The notes below the pieces were generated by a model. It was not told where the DNA came from. It did no database searches and saw only the letters and a list, made by a program, of their open reading frames with translations. The translations under genes were made by a program, and so were the position numbers. Positions 1 through 10,300 of a stretch of DNA of 64,000 nucleotides are shown in pieces (position 1 is the stretch's first letter; the number at the start of each line of letters is the position of its first letter). Source of the stretch: an uncultured Hymenobacter sp. (GTDB lineage: Bacteria; Bacteroidota; Bacteroidia; Cytophagales; Hymenobacteraceae); NCBI GenBank assembly GCA_913776615.1, contig CAJYPK010000053.1, positions 9,778 through 73,777 on the forward strand, in the 5' to 3' direction.

Positions 1-2
1 AC

Positions 3-914
3 GACCACCTGATGGAAATCTCCCACGTAATCCGGGGCGAGGAGTGGCTGCCCTCGGCGCCGCTGCACGTGCTGCTGTACAAGTACCTGGGCTGGGAAAA
101 GACCATGCCGCAGTTTGCCCACCTGCCGCTGCTGCTCAAGCCCGACGGTACCGGCAAGCTCAGCAAGCGCGACGGCGACCGCCTGGGTTTCCCGGTATTT
201 GCCCTGGAGTGGCGCGGCACCGACGCCGAAACCGGCGAACCGACCGTGAGCCGCGGCTACCGCGAAGATGGCTACCTGCCCGAGGCGCTGATCAACTTCC
301 TGGCCTTCCTGGGCTGGAACCCCGGCACGAGCCAGGAGATTTTCTCGATGGACGAGCTCATCCAGGCGTTCTCGATGGAGCGCGTGAGCAAGTCGCCCGC
401 CAAGTTCGACCAGAACAAGGTCAAGTGGTTCAACGAGCACTACCTGCGCGCCAAGTCCAACGCCGAGCTGGCTCCCTACCTGCTCACCGCCGCCGCCGAG
501 CACGGCGTAGCCTGCGACCCAGCCAAGGCCGAGCAGATTGTGGGCGTGATGAAAGAGCGCGTGAGCTTCCCGCAGGAATTCTGGCAGGAGGCCCGCTACT
601 TCTTCGAGGCCCCGACCGAGTACGACCAGACGGTGATCAGCAAGAAGTGGAACCCGCAGGTGAGCGCCGCCCTGGCCGCCTACGCCGAGGCCCTGCCCGA
701 CAACTCGGAGCCCAGCGCCAACGCCGAGGTACTGAAAGCGCTGTTCAACCAGACGATGGAAGCCCAGGGCCTCAAGCCCGGCCAGGTGCTGCAAGCCCTG
801 CGGGTAGCTACTACGGGCGCCGCCGCCGGCCCCGACTTGTTCGAAACCCTGGCTATTCTGGGGACGGGCGAAGTAGCCCAGCGCCTGCGCACCGCCATTG
901 AGCGGCTGGGGTAG
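3..914 (+). CDS. gltX: Glutamate--tRNA ligase, C-terminal part (gene starts before the window)
   Basis: Open frame from the window edge (D-H-L-M-E-I-S-H-V-I-R-G-E-E-W). KLSKR (KMSKS-equivalent) motif, YLPEALINFLAFLGW, and anticodon-binding domain LRVATTGAAAGPDLFE. Confidence 0.97.
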   Translation, partial: DHLMEISHVIRGEEWLPSAPLHVLLYKYLGWEKTMPQFAHLPLLLKPDGTGKLSKRDGDRLGFPVFALEWRGTDAETGEPTVSRGYREDGYLPEALINFLAFLGWNPGTSQEIFSMDELIQAFSMERVSKSPAKFDQNKVKWFNEHYLRAKSNAELAPYLLTAAAEHGVACDPAKAEQIVGVMKERVSFPQEFWQEARYFFEAPTEYDQTVISKKWNPQVSAALAAYAEALPDNSEPSANAEVLKALFNQTMEAQGLKPGQVLQALRVATTGAAAGPDLFETLAILGTGEVAQRLRTAIERLG

Positions 915-939
915 TACCACCAGTTTTTAGCGAGCTACT

Positions 940-972
940 AAAAGCCCCCGGCCGGTCGGTCGGGGGCTTTTT
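940..972 (+). terminator. Intrinsic terminator after gltX
   Basis: aaaagcccccggccg / cggtcgggggctttt inverted repeat followed by a T-run. Confidence 0.85.
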
Positions 973-1194
973 CAATGCGATGTTGTAGCTGAGACTGGCC
1001 CGATTAGGTAGGGGAATAGCGTGGGGAATAAGCGGTACCAGCGCGGCCGTACGCGTGAAGAACTTTCTGTGAAGTTGGATTACGGGAGGATGCGGCGCTA
1101 CGATTTTTTGAAAAGGTAGACGGTACCTTTACGTGCGGCGGCCAGTAAACGGGTTTCTGCTAAGTTGATTTCCTCATTTTACTCCTTTTCATTC

Positions 1195-3984
1195 ATGAGA
1201 AATTTCTATCCTAAGAAAGTGTTAACTTTTTTAGTTGCGGCCTTTGCGACGGGTTCGGCGCTGGCGGCGCCCTTCCGGCCGGGCAACATTGTAGTGGCCC
1301 GCGTGGGTGATGGGAGCGCAGCCCTGTCGGCCGCCGCGTCGGCCGTATTCCTGGATGAGTACACCACGGCCGGGGTGCTCGTGCAGTCGATTCCCCTGCC
1401 TACCTCGGTGAGTGGCAACAACCGCATTCTCACCGCCGCGGGCAATGCCACCAGCGAACTGGCCCTCACCCGCTCGGCCGATGGCCGGTACCTGGTGCTG
1501 ACCGGCTACAGCACGGCCCCCGGTACGGCCGCGGTGGCCAGCTCGGCGGCTACCGATGTGGCCCGCGTTATCGGCCTGATTGCGGCCGACGGTAGCATCG
1601 ATACGAGCACCAACACCGGCGCCTTTGGCGGGGGAAGCATCCGGGGCGCGGCTACGGCCGACGGCACGAGCTTTTACAGCGTAGGAGCCAACTCGGGCGT
1701 GCGCTACCAGACGCTGGGTAGCTTTGCCAGCACCCAGCTTAATACAACGCCGACTAACGTCCGCACCGTAAACGTAGTAGGTGGTAATCTGTACGTGGTA
1801 ACGGCATCCAGTCCCTTTATCGGGCTGAACCAGGTAGGTACGGGGCTGCCCACGGCGGCTGGCCAGACGGTAACCGTGCTGCCGGGTTTTCCCGGGTCTA
1901 CGGCGGGGGCTAGCCCCTACGGCTTCTACCTGGCCGACCTGGACGCTACCGTGCCCGGCGTCGACGTAGCCTACGTGGCCGATGACCGCGCCGCCGGTGG
2001 AATTCAAAAGTGGAGCCTGGTAAACAACGCCTGGGTTCTGAACGGCACGATTGGCGGTGCGGGGGTGCGGGGCATCCAGGGCAGCGCCAGTGGGACCAAC
2101 GTGTCGCTGGTAGCCAGTGCGGCCAGCGGTAGCAGCCTATACTCCGTAGTGGATAACACGGGGTATAACACGGCCCCGAGCCAGGCGACCCTGCCGGCTG
2201 CTCTGGTTACGGCTCCTGGCAATACGGCCTTTCGCGGTGTTGCACTCGCGCCGGTAGCGCCGGCCCCGGCCATTGCCAGCATCGCCCCGGCCAGCGGACC
2301 GGTGGGTACGACCGTGACCGTGACGGGTAGCAACTTTACCGGCGCTACTGCGGTGACGCTGAACGGAGTGGCCATCACCAATTTCACGGTGGTAGATGCC
2401 GCGACGATTACGTTCACCGTTCCCGCGGGCGCGACCTCGGGCGCGGTAGCCGTAACCACGCTGGGCGGTACCGCCACGAGCACGACTTCCTTCACCGTCG
2501 TAGCTGCCCCCACTATTGCCAGCCTGGCGCCAGCCAGCGGACCAGTAGGTACGACCGTAACCGTTACCGGCGCTAATCTCACCGGGGCTACGGCCGTGAC
2601 GCTGAACGGCGTGGCCGTAACCAACTTTACGGTCACCAGCGCTACTACGCTCACGTTTGTGGTGCCCGCAGGCGCGACCTCGGGCGCGGTAGCTGTAACC
2701 ACGCCGGGCGGTACCGCCACGAGCACCAGCACTTTCACAGTAATTGCTGCCCCCACCATCGCCAGCCTCGCCCCGGCCAGCGGGCCGGTGGGTACGACCG
2801 TGACCGTAACGGGTACCGACCTGACGGGGGCCACGGCCGTGACGTTGAACGGTGTAGCCGTAACTGGCTTCACGGTGGTCAACGCTACGACCCTCACGTT
2901 TGTAGTGCCCACCGGGGCTACTTCGGGGACGGTAGCCGTAACTACCCCCGGCGGCACGGCCACGAGCACGACTGCTTTCACGGTAATTGCCGCTCCTACC
3001 ATTGCTGGTATTGCCCCGGCCAGCGGGCCGGTGGGTACGACCGTAACCGTCACCGGTGCTAATCTCACCGGGGCCACGGCCGTGACGCTGAACGGCGTGG
3101 CCGTAACCAACTTTACGGTGACCAGCGCTACTACGCTCACGTTTGTGGTGCCCGCGGGCGCGACCTCGGGTGCGGTAGCTGTAACCACGCCGGGCGGTAC
3201 CGCCACGAGCACCAGCACTTTCACGGTAATTGCTGCCCCCACCATCGCCAGCCTGGCGCCGGCCAGCGGGCCGGTAGGTACCACGGTGACCGTGACGGGT
3301 AACAACTTCACGGGTGCCACGGTCGTGACGCTGAACGGCGTGGCCGTAACCAGCTTTACGGTGGCTAGTGCCACTACGCTCACGTTTGTAGTGCCCACGG
3401 GTGCCACTTCGGGCGTAGTAGCCGTAACTACCCCGGGCGGTACGGCCACCAGCACGGCTGCCTTCACGGTAATTGCCGCCCCCACCATCGTGAGCTTCTC
3501 GCCCACTACGGGTGGTGCAGGTACCACCGTCACCGTAACGGGTACCAACCTGACGGGGGCCACGGCGGTGAGCATCGGGACGCTGGCCATTACGAATTTC
3601 ACGGTGGTATCGGCTACCAGTCTCACGCTGGTGCTGCCAACCGTCAGCGGAGCCATCAGTGGGCCGCTGACGGTGACGACGCCCGGTGGCACGGCCACCA
3701 GCGCTACCAATTTCAGCATCATCCTGGCTGCCTCAGCCGCCCAGGCCCTGCCCGAGCTGGCAGTGTATCCCAACCCGGCCATCGACTACGTGCAGGTAGA
3801 AATGCCGCAGGGTGGGTCGCTGACGGTAGCGCTGCGCGACCTGACGGGCCGCGTAGTGCTGGCCCCGGTAGTGCTGGCCGCCCGGCAGCCCCTGCGCCTG
3901 CCGGCTAGCCTCGCCCCCGGCGTCTATCTGCTCGAAGTGCAGCAGGGTACGACGACGGCCGTGCGTCGCATTGAGAAGAAATAG
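1195..3984 (+). CDS. T9SS-secreted surface protein: signal peptide, uncharacterised N-terminal beta-rich domain, six IPT/TIG repeats, type A CTD
   Basis: ATG 1195 gives MRNFYPKKVLTFLVAAFATGSALA (signal peptide). Six 81-aa repeats of the form APTIASLAPASGPVGTTVTVTG...TTPGGTATST. C-terminal VYPNPA...LAPGVYLLEVQQG...VRRIEKK CTD. Confidence 0.9.
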   Translation: MRNFYPKKVLTFLVAAFATGSALAAPFRPGNIVVARVGDGSAALSAAASAVFLDEYTTAGVLVQSIPLPTSVSGNNRILTAAGNATSELALTRSADGRYLVLTGYSTAPGTAAVASSAATDVARVIGLIAADGSIDTSTNTGAFGGGSIRGAATADGTSFYSVGANSGVRYQTLGSFASTQLNTTPTNVRTVNVVGGNLYVVTASSPFIGLNQVGTGLPTAAGQTVTVLPGFPGSTAGASPYGFYLADLDATVPGVDVAYVADDRAAGGIQKWSLVNNAWVLNGTIGGAGVRGIQGSASGTNVSLVASAASGSSLYSVVDNTGYNTAPSQATLPAALVTAPGNTAFRGVALAPVAPAPAIASIAPASGPVGTTVTVTGSNFTGATAVTLNGVAITNFTVVDAATITFTVPAGATSGAVAVTTLGGTATSTTSFTVVAAPTIASLAPASGPVGTTVTVTGANLTGATAVTLNGVAVTNFTVTSATTLTFVVPAGATSGAVAVTTPGGTATSTSTFTVIAAPTIASLAPASGPVGTTVTVTGTDLTGATAVTLNGVAVTGFTVVNATTLTFVVPTGATSGTVAVTTPGGTATSTTAFTVIAAPTIAGIAPASGPVGTTVTVTGANLTGATAVTLNGVAVTNFTVTSATTLTFVVPAGATSGAVAVTTPGGTATSTSTFTVIAAPTIASLAPASGPVGTTVTVTGNNFTGATVVTLNGVAVTSFTVASATTLTFVVPTGATSGVVAVTTPGGTATSTAAFTVIAAPTIVSFSPTTGGAGTTVTVTGTNLTGATAVSIGTLAITNFTVVSATSLTLVLPTVSGAISGPLTVTTPGGTATSATNFSIILAASAAQALPELAVYPNPAIDYVQVEMPQGGSLTVALRDLTGRVVLAPVVLAARQPLRLPASLAPGVYLLEVQQGTTTAVRRIEKK
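2263..3723 (+). repeat. Six tandem 243-bp coding repeats (IPT/TIG domains)
   Basis: gccagc anchors at 2275, 2518 and 2761 (period 243). gctaatctc at 2572 and 3058 (486 apart). Confidence 0.95.
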
Positions 3985-4015
3985 CGGAGTTCCACTGGCT
4001 TAGGCCCGCTTACTG

Positions 4016-4050
4016 AAAAGGCCCCGTCGGATTATCCGGCGGGGCCTTTC
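4016..4050 (+). terminator. Intrinsic terminator after the IPT protein
   Basis: aaaaggccccgtcgga / tccggcggggcctttc hairpin. Confidence 0.8.
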
Positions 4051-4318
4051 TTGTAGGGGGCATGCTAGCTCAGGCAGTCGTGCGAAACGATGGCTGATTA
4101 CCAGCTTGATCATGCGCGTGGTCAAGCTACCGGACAGTCGAAGCAGCGCAGCGCGACTACGGGGCGCGACGTGTCGGCTTCGGAGCCACCTGCGGTAGAA
4201 GAACTATTTGTTTACCTCTTCGCTAGCCGTTTCGGCCGCGGCTGGCACCTGCAACCACAAGGGTTCTCCGGCTAGCGTTGGCTGCTTACCACCCGGGTAC
4301 GGATGCCGGTTTGCGCTA

Positions 4319-4379
4319 TTGGCCACTAACAAAAAGCCCCGGCTGCAAGGCGCAGCCAGGGCTTTTTGTTAGTGGCCAA
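4319..4379. terminator. Long bidirectional terminator hairpin downstream of the giant minus-strand gene
   Basis: ttggccactaacaaaaagccc...gggctttttgttagtggccaa has perfect 21-bp arms plus an inner ggctgc/gcagcc stem. Confidence 0.88.
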
Positions 4380-4385
4380 GGTGGT

Positions 4386-7300
4386 TTATTCCACGGCCAG
4401 CTTGGTGGTCAGCTGCTGGCCATCGGCCGTCTGCCAGGTTATGAAGTAGAGCCCGTGGGCCAGCGGCTGGGCCGGCTGGATGGTGGCCTCTGCCGCGCCC
4501 GTGGGTAGCGTCTGCGTCAGCACGAGGCGCCCTACGTTGTCGTGCAGCCGGACCGTACCACCGGCGGTAGTCAGGCCCGTAGCCGCCACCTGGAAGCGCT
4601 GGCCCGCCGTGGGGTTGGGGTACACGGCCAGGGCGGGAGCGGTCAGCTCAGCCGCAAAGCGTACGGTCACTACCGGGGAGTACGCCACGGTGCCATCGAG
4701 ATCTACCTGGCGTAAGCGGTAGTAGCTGGTACCGGGCAGGGGCTGGGCATCCACAACTGCGTAGTCGTGGCGCAGCTGGCTGGTGCCCTGCGCGGCCACG
4801 CGCTGCACGTCGCTGAACGTGCTGTTGTCGGTCGAGCGCTGCACCACGAAATGCGAAGTGTTTTTCTCCGAAGCCGTAGCCCAGGCCGTGCGAACCACCG
4901 CACCCTGACGGGCCGCCGTGAAGCTCAGCAGCTGCACGGGCAGCGGCGTGGGCAGGGGAGCATCGCCGGTGAGGGGGTTCTCAGCCTTGTTGGTCGAGGC
5001 CAAGGCGAAGAACGAGTTGCCGTCGAGCGTGGTGAAGAACGAAGCCGAGGTAGTGTAGCCGCGGGGCGAAGCCGGCGAGAACACGCCCGAGCCTTCGGTT
5101 GAAGTCCAGGGACCAGCGTTGCCGCTGGACTGGGCCACGCGGAGGTTGCCGGGTACCGTCACCTTTTCATCTTCTACGTCGGTGTTGAAGCTCAGCTGCA
5201 CCGAGATGGGGGCCAGCGTGCCGGCCGTCGAGAGGCGCTGGATGCGGTAGTAGCGGTTGGCCGAGATGTTCGACAAGCCATCGAGGCGGCCGGTGGGGGC
5301 CGAGTTGAAAATTTCGGCTACGATGGGTTGAGCCTGGCTCGAAGTGCCTTCAGTCTGGAGCGTTACGGGGCGGTAGCGGCCGCCCAGGCCCACCGGGAAT
5401 ACCCGGATGCTCGCCGCCGTGGGCATGGTGATGGCCAGGCGGCCCGCCACGTAAGCCCCGGTGCTGGTACCCACGATGGGCTGCGTGGCCGTGTTGGTGA
5501 GGCTGAGCAGGTTGGTAGTGCCGGTTACGATGAAGCCATTGCTCAGGGTGAGCACGTTGCTTACCGTAACGTTGGTAGTAGCCCCCAGCGAGAGCGCCCG
5601 GGCGCCTACTTTTTGCACGTTGTAGAACGTCGTAGTACCGATGAGCTGCCGGTTCTCATCATTGATAAATTGCACCAGGCCCTGGCCGGCATCGAAGCCC
5701 AGCCCCGCGCTGTTGGTGAAGTGACCGCGCAGAACCAGATTGCTCGTGGCCGCCGAGAAGGAGGCATTGACCAGGTTGGTGAAATTACCCACCACTCGCA
5801 GCAGGTTGCCGTTTACGCCGTCGGCTACCGAGTAGGAGCCGGCGTTGGTGAAGGCGCCCGCTACGAGTACGCTGCCCGTATTGGCCAAGAACGACTGGCC
5901 GGCCGCGTTGCTGAAATCGCCCCCGATGGAGAGGCTGCCCGTGCCGGCCGTGTAAGTGCCGTTGTTGGTGAAGCCCGCGCCGACGGTCAGGGTGCCCGTG
6001 CTTACGCTGGCGTCGTAGGTGCCGGTGTTGGTAAAGGCCCCGCCTACCGTAACGGCCCCGCTACCGTTGCTGAGCGTGCCGCCGTTGGTGAAGTTGGTAC
6101 CAATATTCACCTGGCCCGCGCCCAGGGTGAGGGTGCCGCCGTTGTTGAGGAAGGCACCCGTGGTGAGGGGGCCGTCATTCAGGTTAAACGTACCGTTCAG
6201 CGTCGCCCCGCTCGAAGCCGAGGTCAGGGTGATGCTCTGGTTGGTAGGATTGGTCACGGTGGTACCCGCCGCCACGCTCAGCGTGCCGTTGATGGTCAGG
6301 TCGAGGTTGCTGAGCAGGTTGGTATTACCGCCCGAGAACGACAGGTTGTTGTACGTGTCGCGGGCGGGCAGCTGCACTTGCCCGGCGGCGTTGTAGTCGA
6401 TGGTGCCACCGGTGGGGTCCATAAAGGCCGAGTAGTTACCGGCCGGGAACAGGGCCGAGCCGATGCGCACGGTGCCGGTACCGGTCACGGTATTGAAGTT
6501 GTTGGCCGTAGAAGTACCCAGGTTTACCGTGCCCAGCAGCTGGAGGCTGGCGGCCTCGTTGCCGGTCGTGGCGGCGTTGATCAGGTGGCCGCTGCGAATA
6601 ACTACCGGGTTGGCCAGGGTAGGGTAGGCGGTGAAGCTGCCGCTGGGGTCGGAGCCGTCGGCGTTGTTGGTCCAGGCGGCGGGGTTGTTCCAGCTGGCCC
6701 CGGCGGCCAGGCCGGCCGTCGAGTTGCGGCTGTAGAAGGTGGGTACGGCGCCAAACTCCGAGCTTTCGCCCCCGGTGTAGTCGCCGTCGAAGTACGACAC
6801 GTTCAAGTTGGTGAGCGTATTGGCGGCGGCGTCAGTAATTGCAATGGTCGCTATCCCACCCTGCGGCGTCCAGGCCCCGTTGAGGAAGCGGCCCAGGCGG
6901 TAGTTAGCTTCCGTGCCGTTGATGTCGTTGTCCACGTACTTGAACACGTGCGTCACGGTCGGGTTGCGGAAGCCCGTGCTGCGTACCTTCCAGTAGAGCG
7001 TCAGCTCCTTGTTGGCTGGGTCGGTAGTGGAGGGGTGGGCCAGGTCGATGGGCTGCACCGTGATGGTGCCCGGGGCCGAGTTGGCGGTTACGTTCATCGT
7101 AACGGGCGTGTACTTGGCCGTCGCCCCTACGCCGATGGGGAAGGTGAAGTTGGCTGTACCGCTGGCGTAGCTCTTGCGCACGCCCAAATCGGCCACGATG
7201 CCGTTGGTGCGAATGAAGTTGCTGCTGGCGAAGGTGCCCGTTATGGCATTGGTCGAGGTATTGCTGATGTTCAGCAGGTTGGAGCCGATGTCGAGTACGC

Positions 7301-10300
7301 CGTTGGTCAGGGCCAGGGTACCCGTAATTTCCTGGTTGGCCAGGGTGGTGGCGCCGGCGCTATTGTTGAGCGTCAGGTTGCCAAACTTGCCTAGGCCGTT
7401 GCCGTCGATGCTCTGGTTGGTGCTACCCAGCAGCGAGATGCTACCGCCCGAGCCGCTGGTGTGCGTGGCCGAGTTGATGATGTTGCCCAGCGAAGTCAGG
7501 GTCTGGCCGTTGTCGGCCAGGGTGCCCTTGGCGATGTTGAGCGTGCCGGCTACTCGTACGTTGCGGCCCAGCTGCAAGGTGCCGCCCGCCTGCGCGTTGT
7601 TCATCACCAAGCTGCCAAATACGGTGAGGTTGCCGGTGGTGGTGCTGGTGATCTGCTGCACGGCCAGGCCCTTGCCGGTAAAGGTCGTGGTCTGGGTCGT
7701 GGTGCTGGGCCAGAAGCCGCCGCCCGAGCCCACGCCCGAGAGGCCGGTGTTGGTCGAGGAGTTGTTGTTGTACAGGTGCTGGTCGATGTTCAGGGGCAGG
7801 CCGTTGGCGTTGAAATAGGAATTGTCGTTGCCAATGGTCAGCGAGCCTTTCAGGTTGAGCGAGCTCAGGCCGGTGAGCAGGCCGATGTTGGCGCTGGTGT
7901 TGTTCAGCCCGTTTTCGACCTGCATGTCGTACAGCGGCACCTGCGATTCTACGCTCACCGTGATGTTGCCGCTCACTTTATTGCCCAGGATAACGGTACC
8001 GCCCGTCACCACCGTTGAGTCGGGGCGCAGGTAGAGGTCGGCGGTGATGGTGGGCCGGGTGTTGGTTCCGCGCAAAGCCAGCGTACCGCCGCTCATGCGG
8101 AAGATGCTGCCGGGGCCCTGCACCTCAAACAACCCGCGCTCGTTGCTCTGGTACACTTCGGCGCGCGCGCCGCGAATCTCGACGGTACCCCCGCTCTGGT
8201 CGAAGCGCAGCGAGCCGTTGGTGTTGGCCGTGGTGCGCCGGATCTGGCCGTTCACGTACAGGTTGCCGGCCGCGCCGATGATGAGGGTCGGCCGGCCCGC
8301 GCTGGCGTACTCCAGGTCGTTGCCGATTACGCCGGTGGTGCCCACGTTGAACGTGCCGCTCAGCACTTGCAGCTTACCCGCCAGCTTGAGGTCGGCGGCC
8401 GAGCTGGTGTTGGTAGCCGGGGCCGTGGCGTTGGTGGCCACCGTCACGGTGGCGCCGGGGGCGTCGATGGTCAGGGCCGCGTTATCCGGAATCAGGTACG
8501 CGCTGTTGGCATCGTGGATGGTCAGCAGCTGGGTGCCGGCCGTTTTGGCGTAGCGCAGCGTGCCGTTGGTGAGGGTCAGCCAGTTGCTGGTCGGCGTAGT
8601 GAGGGTACCCGCCACGTCCATATTCAGGGTAGCATCCTGGCCCACGCCCTTGTTGAGGGTGAGGGTATAGAGGTCGGTGAGGGTGGTGGCGGAGCCGGTG
8701 AAGTTGGCCGCCTGGCTGCCCAGGAAGGTCAGGTTGGCGATGCGGCCGCTGCCGAGGTTGAAGTCCAGCGTGCCGTTGTTGGTGAGCGAGCCGCCGATGG
8801 TCAGGGCGTTGGCCACGGCCGTGCCGGCGCTGCTGACGTCGAAGAAGGCCCCGGCGTCGATGCGCACGTCGGTATCGGCCGTGAGGGTGCGGGCCGTGCC
8901 GTTGGGGTAGCGCAGGGTGCCCGTCTGCACGGCGATGAGCGAGTCGGCGCGCAGGTTATTGTTCAGCAGTACGATGCCGTTGCCGCCCGAGGTGCCGGTT
9001 TTAAACTGCGAGAACACCCGCAGGGCAAGGTTGGGCATCGTTACGGTACGGCTGTTGCCGGCATCTACCCACAGGTTTTTATACGAGTTCAGGCCCAGGG
9101 TAATGGTCGTGTTGCCACCCGAAGAGTTCGGGACGGTAGTAGTCGAGGTGGTCGGAATCGTGAAGTTGGTGGTGCCGGTGGTGTAGTACTCCACCGTACC
9201 GCCATTTTCCTGGAGGAAGGAGCCGAAGTCGCCCCCGGGGAAAACGGCCGTTGCGCCGCTGGCGCTCACGCGCAGGCGACCCGAGCCGCCAATTTTGGCG
9301 TCGGGCAGCGCCCCGAAGTTGTGGCCCGTCGTAGTGCCCACGTCCATTACCGAGCCCCGGTCAATTACCAGCGAGCCGGCGTTGGCGCTGTTGGCGGCCA
9401 CGTTGACGGTGTGGTAGAACCCTTTGCTCACCGAGCCGATGAAGACGGGGTTGTTGGCCCCGGGGATGCCGCTGGCCGCCGCGCCGCCGAAGTCGGCCGT
9501 GCTCCAGGTGTTCTTGTCGGCCCAGGCGCCGTTGGTGCGGCTGTAGTAGGCCGTTACGGTGCCGAAGGCCGCGGGCAGGCCCGCCGTGTACTCGCCCTCA
9601 AACTGGGTGAGGTTGTTGAAGTTGATGATGGAGGTGGGCGTGCTGCGGGTGAGCAGACCCGTATTGGTGTACTGCGGCGTCCAGGCTACGGGCAGGTAGC
9701 GGCCGGGCACGTAGCTGGTCAGCGTCCCGGAGGCATCCGCATTAACCATGGTAAAGCGCAGGCTGATGGTACCGGTCTGGATGGTGCCAAAGTTTGCGCT
9801 CCGTACTTTCCAGTAGTACGCCAGCGAGCCCGCCGTGCCGTTCGTGACGAAGGGGTTGCGGGTGTTGACCGGGCTCACGCTCACCTGGCCGTACCGGCCA
9901 TCGGCCGTCACCCGCGAAAGCGTGATGGTGGCTGGGGTGTATTTCGTGCCCGTGCCAACCGGGAAGACGAAGCTGTCGGTGCCGCCGTAGGTCTTTTGCA
10001 GGCCCAGGTCGCTTTGATTACCGGCCGTCTGGATAAAGCTGCTATTCGAGAAGCCGTTGCTGCTAACGATGGCAGTCGAGGCGTCAACGTTGGTCAGCCA
10101 CAGGCGGTTGGTGCCAATGGCCAGGATGTTGCTGGTTTGGAACGTAAGGGTCCGCGCTACGCTCATGTTGGCGGTAAACGTCGCCGCCACGCCGCCGGTA
10201 GCCACCTTACTGTTGATGTTGAGGTTGCCGAATACGCCGAAGTCGTTGCCGCTGATTACCTGGTTGGTGCTGCCAGCCAGCGTGATGCTGCCCGTGCCGC

